Below are positions 10,884 to 22,122 of a DNA stretch of 64,000 bases, one piece after another. Every line of letters begins with the position of its first letter. The first letter of the stretch is position 1. Source of the stretch: Azolla caroliniana (lineage: Eukaryota > Plantae > Polypodiophyta). Both the position numbers and the translations under genes were made by a program. A model generated the notes under the pieces. The model was given only the letters and a program-made list of their open reading frames with translations, was not told the origin of the DNA and searched no databases. The stretch is taken from NCBI GenBank assembly GCA_043228905.1, contig JBHGNT010000008.1, positions 1,860,001-1,924,000 on the forward strand, written 5' to 3'.

Positions 10884-12452
10884 TGACTCCGCATGCTCTC
10901 TACTCCACTCGAACTTGTGCCCTTTCTTCAACAACCCGTAGAGTGGCTCCGCGATGTGGGCGTAATGCGGGATCCAAATGTGGTAGAACACGCAAGCTCC
11001 CAAGAACCTCTAGACTTCTATAACCGACCTGCAGTCTTCCTTCATCACGGAGATGGCTTCCACCTTAGCCGGGGACGGTTTCCGGCCGGAAGGCCCGCAC
11101 AAGTGTCCTACGACCATCATTTCCGACTGTCCAAATGCTGACTTCTCCCCGGAGAAGGTGAGTCGCGCGCCTTCGAGCTTCTGTAGCACCTTCTCGCAGT
11201 CTCCGATGTGGTTCGAGACGAATCTCCGACACCCGTCCAGTCCGACAGTTTCGTCCCTATCCTCCACTGGACATCCCTTGATCGGAATGTCATCCAAAAA
11301 CGGCATAGTGATGTCCGGGATGCAGTCCCTTAGCACCTTATTCATTGCATTCACCATGTGCGCTACCGAGTTTTTCCGTCCTTGCGGAAGGGTCCGCATC
11401 CGTACTAGGTCGAGAGGAGTCCGCATCGTCGAGAGGAGTCCGCATAGTCGGAATTGGTCATACCCCGAGTACAGATCTCCGACCGAGTAAATTGACCTTC
11501 CAGCGAAGGCCTCTGCGAACTCATCAATGGTCGGCCCGATCCCTGCATTCCAAATGGTCACCTTGTTGATCGGCTGCATGTCCTGAATAAAGCGCAACGT
11601 GCCTTTCTTCTTAGGCACGGTAAACCATCAATTTGAGTATGGGGCACTCGACGGTTCAAGGATACCCATCCCCACCTCCTGCTTCAGCAGCTCCATCAGC
11701 TTCGGGATGTGAGCTCTGGGTACTGGAATCGGTTTGAGATTCCATGGCACATGCGGTACCGTAAAGATAACCATCGGCTCAACGACCGTCAGGTCCACGC
11801 ACCCGATCTCTTCCGGTGAGAATGCGAAGACCTTCCCGTGCCTCCCGAGCATTCCCCGAAACCGTTCCTCTATTGGTAGTAGAAAGCCACCCCCACCAAC
11901 CTTGAGCTCCTGTAGCGTTATGTCGGTGAACCGGTGTCCTATGCCGACCGGATCCCATAGACTTGGGTCCGACGCAACCCCTTTCATCTGTAACCCGCTG
12001 CACTCCGGCAAGGGTGCCGCGACTCGCCTCACCTTCCGGTCCACAGTCTTGTACTTCGTATGCACATGGGCCGTCCGATCCAACTCGACCCTCTCCCCGA
12101 AGTCGGCGATGACTTCGTACATCTTTTCTGAATTAACCGGAATTGTCCGGTCTTCGTTGAGGCCTTCTTCGAACACCTTCTTTAATTCCCCCAAGGTGTC
12201 GTCGAAAGAGACCACCTCCACGGCTCCACCAACCTCATCGTCGGGGCCTAGGACTCCACACGCCCTGAGATGTTCCTCTACCCGTTTCTTTTCCCGGCCG
12301 CTAATGCCGATTATCGTACAACCTCTGTTGTCGGAGAACCAAAATTTCCTATCTATAGTACAAGGCTTCATTCCTATGGTACACGTGTGGGGTGTCTCTG
12401 GGGAGTCCAGACTATCACGGCCCCACGCCTTGATAGCCCTCTCTAAAAATCC
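10884..12452 (-). pseudogene. pol: Gypsy-W1 pol N-terminus and RT (ORF2)
   Basis: PSSAPYSN, DLYSGYDQF, TLPQG and MPFLDDIPIKG in ORFs 11010..11618 and 11628..12371. The frame stays open upstream to the slippery site at 12446-12452. Confidence 0.92.
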
Positions 12453-14543
12453 CCTCGGCTATCGCCGCCGAGGGTCTCGCGGTTACGCTCATGGTTCGAT
12501 CGCACCGTCAGAAATTGGACGGAGTGTTGCCCATCTTCGCTCTTCACGCGTGCGTACACCGAACCGTTATCCAACACTTTCGTCTCCATACGTGCTGCCA
12601 TAATGTACGGTTCTCCAAGTATCACCGGATGCGAGGATGACACCAAAGAAGTGTTGGTCGATCACGACATCACCGATTTTCACCTGTACATTTGGGCAGG
12701 CCCCATGTAACTCCTCCGTGGCGCGCATCGCCGCTCGTATTTTCCACCTGTGCTTGGTGTTGATCAACCACTTGCACTTCTTGTAGAAGTCCATAGACAT
12801 CAGGTTGATCTCCGAACCGTGGTCTACCAATGCCACCACCGGCTCCTGAACGTCCCCGATCCTAACCGGGGTCTCTATAGTGGCTCTTGCTGAGTGCAGC
12901 TTTGAATAGTGGCTTTCTACCAACTCGTCTTTCAGGGCCATGTCTTCTAGGTGCGTCGTTCGCACCTCAACCGGCTTCTACAGCTCTGACTCCGTCGAAA
13001 GCCTTATTCACTTCACTAGGTCCACGATGGATTCATGGAACTCTTTCTTGGAGATCCCAAGCACTTCCCTTAGCGACAACTCCAACTTGTTGTCAAGGAT
13101 CCATTCCTCAAGGACCTTCCACAGGTTCGTCATTCTTTCTATCTCGGTGTTCAACCGGTAACCGACTTTCTTTGCTTTATCCGGTGTGCCGGTAGCATCA
13201 ACGTCATTTTGCTTCGGCCCGAACCGGGTCTCGTACCGTTGTGAGGTTCCGGCCCCTCCGGCCTTTCCCACTCGCTTGTCTTCTACCAGAACCTCGTAGT
13301 TCTGGCACGCAACTTCCACAAAGCAGGTCTTTTCTTCGACCAGATCGCTCCACCCGGTGACCTCTCGGACCCATCTTTCCGCATCATCCGCTTCCTTCCT
13401 TCTCAACCGTACGCCAGCGAGGCCTTCTAGCACCACCGACCAGAACCCGGAGTCTTTCGTCACTCCCGACCCGGATTCCTACCAACGCCGAGTAGTGGAT
13501 GGTCTCCGCGTGGCGCGCCGTCGCTTCTTCCATCAGCCTCTTAATTCCTCCCCCTCCGATATTCAGCTCCAAGGCTCTCCGGCTCTCGCTAGCATGTACC
13601 CTCTCGTTCCATAGGTACACCACATTAGCCTTTATTGCTTCTGCGAAGTCCACGCAGTCCTTGTGGACGTGACCGACCACGTCACACCACAAGCACCGAT
13701 GCCCACCCAGAGGCCTTCAACCGCGAGGCTACTCGTCGTCGTCCCACCTTGCTTGTGCAATCTGGGGGTCTCGTACCATCTGTGTTAGTTCTTCCAAAGC
13801 CGCTCCGCCAGACGGGCCCTTGACCACGCCGGACGAGCCTGCCTCAAGCCAATCCTGGGTTTCCTCCTTGAGAGCCGGCGGGGGTCCCTCGAGGTTTCTT
13901 GCCGCAGCCGCTCCTACCCCCGACGAGCCCTTGTCGACACACTCATGCCGTTTGTCGCAACGGCTGTAGACCCCTTTTACCACGGCCCAGTCGGCCGTCA
14001 GCCCATCGTTTGTCTCTAGTAGGAGACCCACTTGCTCCCGATCCCGCACATCCACAGCTTTGACGAATAAAAGGACACGGCTCGTGTCCAGTACGGTCTT
14101 GTCCAATGCCGAAAGACATGCGAAGCGTTCCTCAAACTCCCGGAGGAGCGTCGACGCATTCCTCCCCTTTCCTGGGGTCTCCACCCAATCCATAAAGTCT
14201 CACTTCGATAACCGAAGCATGTCATTAAGCTCGTACCACTCGAGGAGCCGCGCTTCGAATTCCCCCCAGTCCAACATCCAACCTGCACCTCGAGCACTTC
14301 TGCTTGGATGCCCGGTGTCGCTACCCGAGGGAATCCAAACAGATACCTCTCCTCCGGGATGTGCCTCATCACCATTTCGGCCTGGTAGGCCACCAAATAA
14401 CTCGTGGTGTCCTTCCCATTGACCCGGCCTATTGCGCCGACAATTGCTTCAATGGCCCTGTCGAGGGCACCCGTGCCATCGTGAGCACTTACTATCCGAT
14501 CGACTGTTGCCGCCATGGCTTCAGCGAGCTCTAATCCCCTCAT
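12443..14543 (-). pseudogene. gag: Gypsy-W1 gag-protease (ORF1), degenerate
   Basis: CCHC-like WCDVVGHVHKDC and protease ALVDHGSEIN; collinear with 22123-23898 and 57847-59572. Confidence 0.9.
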
Positions 14544-14589
14544 TTTCGATTCCTCTACCGCGTTGTTTCATGTCGGGTTCACCAAATAA

Positions 14590-16079
14590 TGTCATGTTAT
14601 TCTGCACGCGTAGGAGAAACCAAGGCGGGACTGCGGGGGCCCTAAACCGGGGAATAGCTCAACAGAGGAAGGAGGAGCACTACGAAACCACGATTGAGCC
14701 GCGCACACAGATTCACAAAGAACTCACAAACAAGGTCAAACAACGAATAAGGCAAATGTATACATGTATATGTGAATATATGACCAAAATTACAACCGGC
14801 TAGCTGGTAAGTGCCAACTCACTGACACTAACTCACACAGTGCACACGATAACGAGAGATGGAGCCTCTGTCGGAAGCACTCGGGCTTTCTTCGAAAACA
14901 GAGGCAGCCTCCCAACCTGCAGAGGAAAAAAAAAACAAAGGAGAAGAGCTTGGTTTCAGTCTGACACATGGTTGTTTACGTACCCATATTTAATGTTTAA
15001 ATACGTATAGTACCTCATCATTCGTATAGTACGTACTATACCTCAAAGTGTTTCAGTCAAATATCATGTACATTTGTCCAATATGGTATTTAATGTATTT
15101 ATAAAAAAACAGGTATAATACGTATTTGTAAAGAAAATGTAACCTAACAAAAAGCAAAAGAGAAAAAAAATTAGTGAAAAAGAAGCTAAAGGAAGGAAGG
15201 AAGAAGAATAGAAGAGACGACGATGAAGAAGATGAAGAAGAAGAAGAAGAAAAGAGAAAAGAAGACATAAACTTGTCCTGAGTGTGATAATCGCAGTAGA
15301 TAGAAGAAGAAGAAGAAGAAAACGAAGAAAAGAGAAACCTATCATGAGTGTGATAATCGTAGACGATTCCTCAATCTATGAAGGCATAATTGTAAATAAT
15401 TACAATTTGAAGTAGAACATTGTGATACACAATTACACTGATTTATAGAATAAGGGAATGTCGACATCCATATTACTACAAGTATTTTAGGATGTGAAAT
15501 ATTCAAATGTCTTATATGCATTTTAGGATGTAGAACCATATTGTACATCACAAAATTGTGTAAACATACATGTTTTTTACAATATTATAGATATTTTTTA
15601 GAAAGGTAAATAATTTTCAAATTCTAGAAGTATTTAACGTACTATACGTAAAATATGTATTTTACGTATTTTATAAGTATTTAACATATTAAAAAAACGT
15701 ATTTAACGTATTTTTAAATTGGGAGGTACTATACGAGTATTAATACGTTCAATACGTATGGTATCTGTACCGTACCTAACAACCTTGGTCCGATAGCACT
15801 TCGTCCTCGAAAACATGATCCCCACTCAGCCCCTTTTCCTCTCCTTTTATAGCACAAGGAGTGAGAGTCGTTACAGACTGTTACATCACTTTTATTCTCT
15901 ATCCTTTTGGACAGAGATCCTCTTCGATTCCCTACCTCACGAATTCGTGCTTCCTAGGATAATTACATCGCCGACTTGAAGTTAACTATGTAAATACATC
16001 ACAACATGTGCCCGTGTGTAAGGGCTGGTTCACACACACTATACACTGATTCCTCCTAGGGACAGTTTTCTCCACGACA
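14590..16079 (-). repeat. 5' LTR of Gypsy-W1 (contains the MITE)
   Basis: TGTCATG...CACGACA, 5 nt from the tRNA-Trp PBS, followed by ACGT. Confidence 0.85.
14967..15787. mobile_element. Non-autonomous hAT-type DNA transposon (MITE, 821 bp)
   Basis: TIRs CATGGTTGTT.../...AACAACCTTG. 8-bp TSD GTCTGACA (14959-14966) / GTCCGATA (15788-15795), differing only by C/T transitions. AT-rich, many subterminal TACGTA motifs, no transposase. Confidence 0.8.
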
Positions 16080-16198
16080 ACGTGTCAATTTTCGACTGTC
16101 GGTTTTCGGCTCCACCTTGACTCCCCCTTCTTGTGGAGGGTCCGGAACTGCTGTCCGCACACATTCCACTTATAGATTCCTTTTATAATCTTGTGATT

Positions 16199-16601
16199 TG
16201 TTGAGAGACAAGCTCAATATTGGGTGCGTAAATGGGTGTGTAACCCACTACGTAGACTGGGTGTGTAAAACCGTACACACAATATAGTCGTAGCAGTGCG
16301 TAAACGGAGAGGCCGTTAGAATGTTATTCCTTGTAAGGAATAATTTTGGAAGTAAGTGTAGGATGCTCATTTATGAGTGATCAAGTACTGTCAGTACTTG
16401 TGTCAGCCCAATAATCACAGCCTGTATAAAAGGTGCTCACTGATCACGAAGTATGTACAAAGTGTTTTTTCTTTTGTATAGAAAACTTATCTGCTCTCTA
16501 TCTCTATCCCTCCCTCACTCATTTTCTCTGCGTTCTCTACGTTTACCGAACTGCATACTCTGTGTCTTACGCATACGCTTCCACACACGTATTCTTTTAC
16601 A
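16199..16601 (+). repeat. Copia-B' 5' LTR
   Basis: TGTTGAGAGACAAGC...CTTTTACA followed immediately by TGGTATCA (tRNA-iMet PBS). Confidence 0.92.
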
Positions 16602-16703
16602 TGGTATCAAAATGCGAGGGTTGAGACTCCTCTACAACCGATAGAAAAGCTTGTGATAAACACAGAGTTAAGTTATTGTTTTCAGAAAGGATAAGACAAC
16701 AAT

Positions 16704-17320
16704 ATGGACAGAGGAATGGGAAGCTCGCTACTGACTGAGAAGCTCGACAGGAGCAACTACGCTTCTTGGTCGTACAAGATGCACCAGTGCATGCTTGGTC
16801 ATAGTTACTGGAGTTATGTCGAAGGAGCTAATGATACAGCACCCGAATCAACACAAAGAGATTTTCGGCAAGCAGAGTTCTTTACTGCTTCGCATCCTAT
16901 GTGAGCCACCACCTCTTGAGCTACATTCAGGATGCTAAGACGCCAAAGGATGTGTGGGTGAATCTCAAGGGGATTTTTCCCGCTAGCACAATGGCCGGGA
17001 AGTTGTTGCTCAAGCAGGAGCTCAATAATGTCTGACAGAAAATTTTGTTTGTGGCCGATTACATGGCCCGAATAAAGGAGATCTGCGACTCTCTTGCCTT
17101 CGTCAACGTGAACGTCGAGGAGGACAAAATGGTGTAGGTTTGTCTTAGAGTGTTAGCGTCAAAGTTCGGAGCATTCCGAATGGCAGTCTGGACTAGGGAG
17201 AATACGTCTTCGTTCTTCGAGCTTCAGTCGATGTTACTCATGGAGGAAAATCACGCGGGTGCGTCGACAAGTACGCACGCCAATGGCAGGATGCTGTACA
17301 CGGAGGAAGTTAGGCCCTGT
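16704..17320 (+). pseudogene. gag: Copia-B' gag N-terminal half (resumes at 21611-22066 with CCHC and protease start)
   Basis: MDRGMGSSLLTEKLDRSNYASWSYKMHQ; later CWYCGKKGHREREC and WYVDSGASNHMT in ORF 21719..22318. Confidence 0.9.
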
Positions 17321-20300
17321 TTTCGTGAAGTGTCAATACATTTCCCATATGGAGCTTGTGACGAGGAGCATATGCCAATTTTCAATTCGTGAATCGGAGT
17401 TCAAGAGCCCAAGATACAAGCTTCGGAAGGATTCATGTTACTCAGGACACAAATGTAATTATGTCAAAAGGGAGAGTCGAAATTAAATAAGGGTTATTTT
17501 TCTAATTTCTCAAATGTATAACTACAAAATAAATACATAAATAAAAATAAATACATAAATATAAATAAATATAAATAATATACAATAAAATAATAATAAT
17601 AATAATAAATATAACCGCCTACATGAGGTGGTTGACAAACCGCCTCAAGAGGGTGGTAGGGTGGTTGACCACCCTATATAAGCCACTCCTATGGTGGCTA
17701 AAGAGGGGAAGGAGGAGAAGGAGGAGAAAAGGAAGGAAAAGTGAGTGAAGAAGCTAGCGTGGGTGTGGGATGCAGAGCTCGCCAAAGAAGATGGTGGCTT
17801 GCATAAATCAAGACAAGAGTTAAAGAAAAGAATAGAGATAAAAGAAAAGGAAGAAGTTGAAGTGGTGTATCTCAAATGCCTCTTTGTATACAAAAGGTCA
17901 TGAGTTTGAATCCTCTTCGAATAACTTCTCTTGGTAATCAAATTTTGTAATATAAATTGTGTATATATAAAGTGAAAGAGAAACACAAATAAATAGAAAC
18001 CAAAGAGATTGACGTGGTCTATCTCAAACCCTTTTGCTCAAGTAGAGTTTGTGAGTTCAAGTCTTGTCAAGTAACTTTTGGCAAATAAATATTGAAAGTG
18101 TTGTTTTACAAATAAAAAAAAATTCACGACAACGTCACATCTATCTTGCCTTCTTGGCTTCTTGTCATCGTTCCATCTACGATTACGCCTTCTCACCCCG
18201 ATCATCCCCGAGTCACAGAACCCCGGTAGTTGCGACACACAACCAATCTTCTCGACATAAATTTGGTGAACCCGACGTGAAGTGTTGCCGACGAGGGGAG
18301 TTTCGGAGTTAAAGTTTTCCAAAGAGAGGGTTGGAAAATCAAAGAAAATGGTGGATAAAGGTACCAACACAGAGATGGCAAATAAGGGCTTCAATGAAGA
18401 AATGGCAAGTTTCATGATGACGATAATGAATCGGATGCTTCAAGAGCAAAGTGCAATGAACCGGATGGAAGTGAGTTAACGCTCGCCGTACAAACGGTCA
18501 TCGAAAGGATAAGCAAATTTAATGGTGAGCACATCACTCGGTTCCTTTAGGTCTACGAATACGAAATGGCCAGTAGAGGGGCAACTGGGGTACAAATGGT
18601 GTCGCATATCAACCAGGTTTGCACACTTGATGTCTGCGGGAGGGTAACGGAATTATCTGAGAAATTCCACGAAAATTGGGCCTGGTTCCATCAAGCATTG
18701 CTTCACGAATATATGCTAGAAGACCGGACCAGAATGTCAAAGAAAAGCTTTCTCGAATGGACCGAGAAAGGGGGTAAAGGAGTCTCAGTTTCAGAATTGC
18801 TGAGAGAGTTTGAGAAAAGATATAATGAGCTCTCGGTAAGAGACTGAGAACTACTACAATCAGAGAAGGTAGATTTATTCGTCCGAGCGGCAGATAAATC
18901 TTTTAGAAAAGATATCACCATCCTTCTTGAAGACCGGACAAGCACAACCGATTGGGCGGAAGTACTCGAGGCTTGTCGAGTACTAAGAAGGAGGGAGCTA
19001 AGGATGGAGGATGGCTATGACAATAGAATAAAGACAACAGCCAGAGAACATCCATAACAAGAATCAGGAACTCGAACGGATGATAGCAAAGGAAAGGAGC
19101 CAGAATCTGCAATTGATGAACTGATAAAGGGAATGCGGGATCTACAACTTAAGTTCACAAAACTTGAGAAGGGTGAAAGCTCAAGTGTTCGACAAAAGCC
19201 CAATGAAGGATAAAAGGGTGAATTCATCCGCTGATGCATATGGTGCGATAGCGCGGAGCACCAAAAAAAGGATTGTCAAAGCCATAAGGAAGCATTAGAA
19301 AGAAATGTTATCTTCTATCAAAATGGGAGAATCCACTCCTCGGAGACCCGACAACCCCTAAAAACCAACTTCGGCAAAGGTGGGATGAAGAAAGTGATGG
19401 AGGATGAAGAGTTGAAGAATGTTCAGGCAATGTACTTTTCGACTACTTCCGGATTGAAGGTCGATTATCCCCAGATTGGATCAAGATTTTGGGGAAAAGT
19501 GATAAAGTCCGCTACTGCCAAAAGAGTCCAGCCACAAGACTTATGAAAGGCTGGTGACGAGATAAGGAGTAGTACTGGGTGGAATGACCCATTAGATTCA
19601 CTCACTGCAATCGCCAAGACAGCAAGGGTGAATGCCCACAAGGTGACACTCGAAGAAAAGAGAAGGAGAACTGAAGAAGTGGGACCTTCTAGAAAAACCG
19701 AGACCCAAGAACAAAAGAGACGAGAAACTGAATGAGTTGTTGCGGAGGCGATGAAAGAAGACAAAGGTAAGCAGAAGATCTCCTTGTCATTCAAACTCGC
19801 CTCCGACATAGAACCATTCACCGACCTAAAGCATGTGCTAGAATCAAGGATTCTCGATAGCAAAGTCGACTTAACACTCCGAGAAGTATTAGGGATCGCG
19901 AAGAAGGAATTTCATGAAGTGATCATCGACGTGATCTGAAGGAAAAGACAAGTGGTTGAAGAAACGGGTGGAGTAAATACCGTCATGATACAAAAAGAAG
20001 ATGAAGATATGGAGACTGCATTGATAGCTAGGGTACGTAGTGCTGACACACAATGTAGTCATGAAGAGGAACGAAGCCATTACACCCGCACACACTGGGC
20101 TCGGGCGACAACCGAGGCTCCAGTCAGAATTGGAGATCAGATGGAACCATGTGTGGCACTCATCGACCATGGCTCCGAGATAAATATCATAGTGTCTGAT
20201 TTTTACAATCGTGGGAGATGGCCAATAGAAAGGAACCACGGTTGCAAGGTGAGAGCAGCGACTGAGGTCATGGAGGATTTATGTGGCGCATGCCCAAATA

Positions 20301-21610
20301 TTAAAGTTACAATTGGGGACGTGTCAATAGATCAAAACTACTTCGTCCAAGAGAAGTCATTTTACCCGGTAATTTTAGGGAAATCATACATCACAGCAGT
20401 GCGAATGGAGACTAAAGCGATTGATAACGGAGCGGCATTTTCCAGGATTTGAAGCCAGGATGGGAAGAGGTCGGTATAGTTCCTTACTGTTCGACCAAAT
20501 CACGGAAGAAATAGGGAGCACCTACGAGATCATCCACTACGAGATATGGGGAATTTCGTACAAGACTTCTAGAGTGGACCCTTACTAAAAGGGATTGTGA
20601 TGGTACAAGGGAGAAAATAAGCATGAAGAATTTTTTGAAGTGGTGTGAACTCGCCCACAGGTGTGCAAGTTCAGAGGGGGTGGGTGTCGTGAAGTTGACA
20701 CTTCACGATGTGAAAACAATGTCAAAAATCTATAGATGTACATTTCCCATATGGAGCTTGTGATGAGGAGGATATGAAAATTTTCAGTTCGTGAATCGGA
20801 GTTCAAGAGCCCAAGATACAAGCTTTGGAAGGATTAATGTCACTTAGGACACAAATGTAATTATGTCAAAAGGGAGAGTTGAAATTAAATAAGGGTTATT
20901 TTTCTAATTTCTCAAATGTATAACTACAAAATCGAATTTGTAGAATACATAAATAAAAATATATAGATAAATAATATACAATAAAATATAAATATAAATA
21001 ATAAATATAACCGCCTCCATGAGGCGGTTGACCACCCTATATAAGCCACTCCTATGGTGGCTAAAGAGGGGAAGGAGGAGAAGGAGAAGAAAAGGAAGAA
21101 AAAGCAAGTGAAGAAGGTAGCGTGGGTATGGGATGCTGAGCTCGCCAAAGAAGATGGTGGCCTGCATAAATCAAGACAAGAGTTAAAGAAAAGAAAAAAG
21201 ATAAAAGAAAAGGAAGAAGTTGAAGTGGTGTATCACAAATGCCTCTTTGTAAACAAAAGGTCATGAGTTTGAATCCTCTTCAAATAACTTCTCTTGGTAA
21301 TCAAATTTTGTAATATAAATTGTGTATATATAAAGTGAAAGAGAGACAAATAAATAGAAACCAAAGAGATTGAAGTGGTCTATCTCAAATGCTTCTCCTC
21401 AAGTAGAGTTCATGAGATCAAGTCTTGACAAGTAACTTTTGGCAAATAAATATTGTAAGTGTTGTTTAACAAATAAAATTCTTTTCACGACAACGTCATA
21501 TCTAGCTTGCCTACTTGTCATCGTTCCATCTACGATTACGCCTTCTCACCCCGATCATCCCAGAGTCACAAAACCCCGGTGGTTGCAACACAACCACAAT
21601 CTTCTCGACA
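17321..21610 (+). mobile_element. Non-autonomous Gypsy-W derivative (gag-protease only, no pol)
   Basis: LTRs 17321-18257 and 20685-21610; PBS TGGTGAACCCGACGTGA at 18264-18280; PPT 20673-20684; 4-bp TSD CTGT/CCGT within Copia-B' gag; gag-PR 18348-20572 lies ~110 bp from the 3' LTR. Confidence 0.88.
18348..20572 (+). pseudogene. gag: Degenerate gag-protease of the non-autonomous Gypsy-W
   Basis: LTLREVLGIAKKEFH, HYTRTHWARATTE and ALIDHGSEIN, with many stops. Confidence 0.88.
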
Positions 21611-22122
21611 CCGTGGTCGTGGTGGACGAGGCGGATCGGTGCACAATGGAGACGGCTGAAAAAAGCAGAACGTGCGGCATAATCAAAATGTGGAAGCAAT
21701 TCCTAACCCTCCGGAAGCATGGGGAGTCATAACGTCGCCAGAAGCCTGCAAGAGAAGGCCACGACGGATTGTTGGTATTGTGGCAAGAAAGGCCATAGAG
21801 AGCGTGAGTGTTGGACAAAAAGCGCAGATTCGGACAAAGCCGGATCAAGCGAAAGAAACGCAGGAAGGCGTCAGAACTCGCACTACACCGAGGGCTCCGA
21901 ACGAGCCGGAAATGGATCAGGCCGAGCCGTCGTGAACACCTCGAAACCAAGCAAGTTGTGGTATGTCGATTCCGGAGCGTCGAATCATATGACGAGTCAC
22001 AAGGAATGGTTCTCGTACTTGGAGAAACCGGAAAAGCAAGGAGTGGTCGAAACTGGAGATGACACTGGCTCCTGGAGAAATACGGGCTGGATGACACGCT
22101 TTGACTTTCGAAGCGGAGCTTC

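Larger units (their letters stand above)
4780..16079 (-). mobile_element. Ty3/Gypsy element Gypsy-W1 (tRNA-Trp primed), disrupted by Copia-B1 and a MITE
   Basis: LTR termini TGTCGTG...CACGACA; ACGT on both flanks (4776-4779, 16080-16083); PBS TGGTGAACCCGAC (14572-14584); PPT 5551-5563; gag-PR, RT and IN fragments in Gypsy order. Confidence 0.88.

Noticed and set aside
10473-11003. Novel RT/zinc-knuckle fusion gene (also 21719..22318 and 51572..52222)
   Set aside because: Each spans a deletion or insertion junction between unrelated elements and has no own promoter or second copy.
15053-15345. Hydrophobic or Ser-rich small proteins (also 20904..21264, 52466..52862, 61313..61591)
   Set aside because: These are translations of GAA, TA, GT and CT simple repeats inside the MITE or LTRs.
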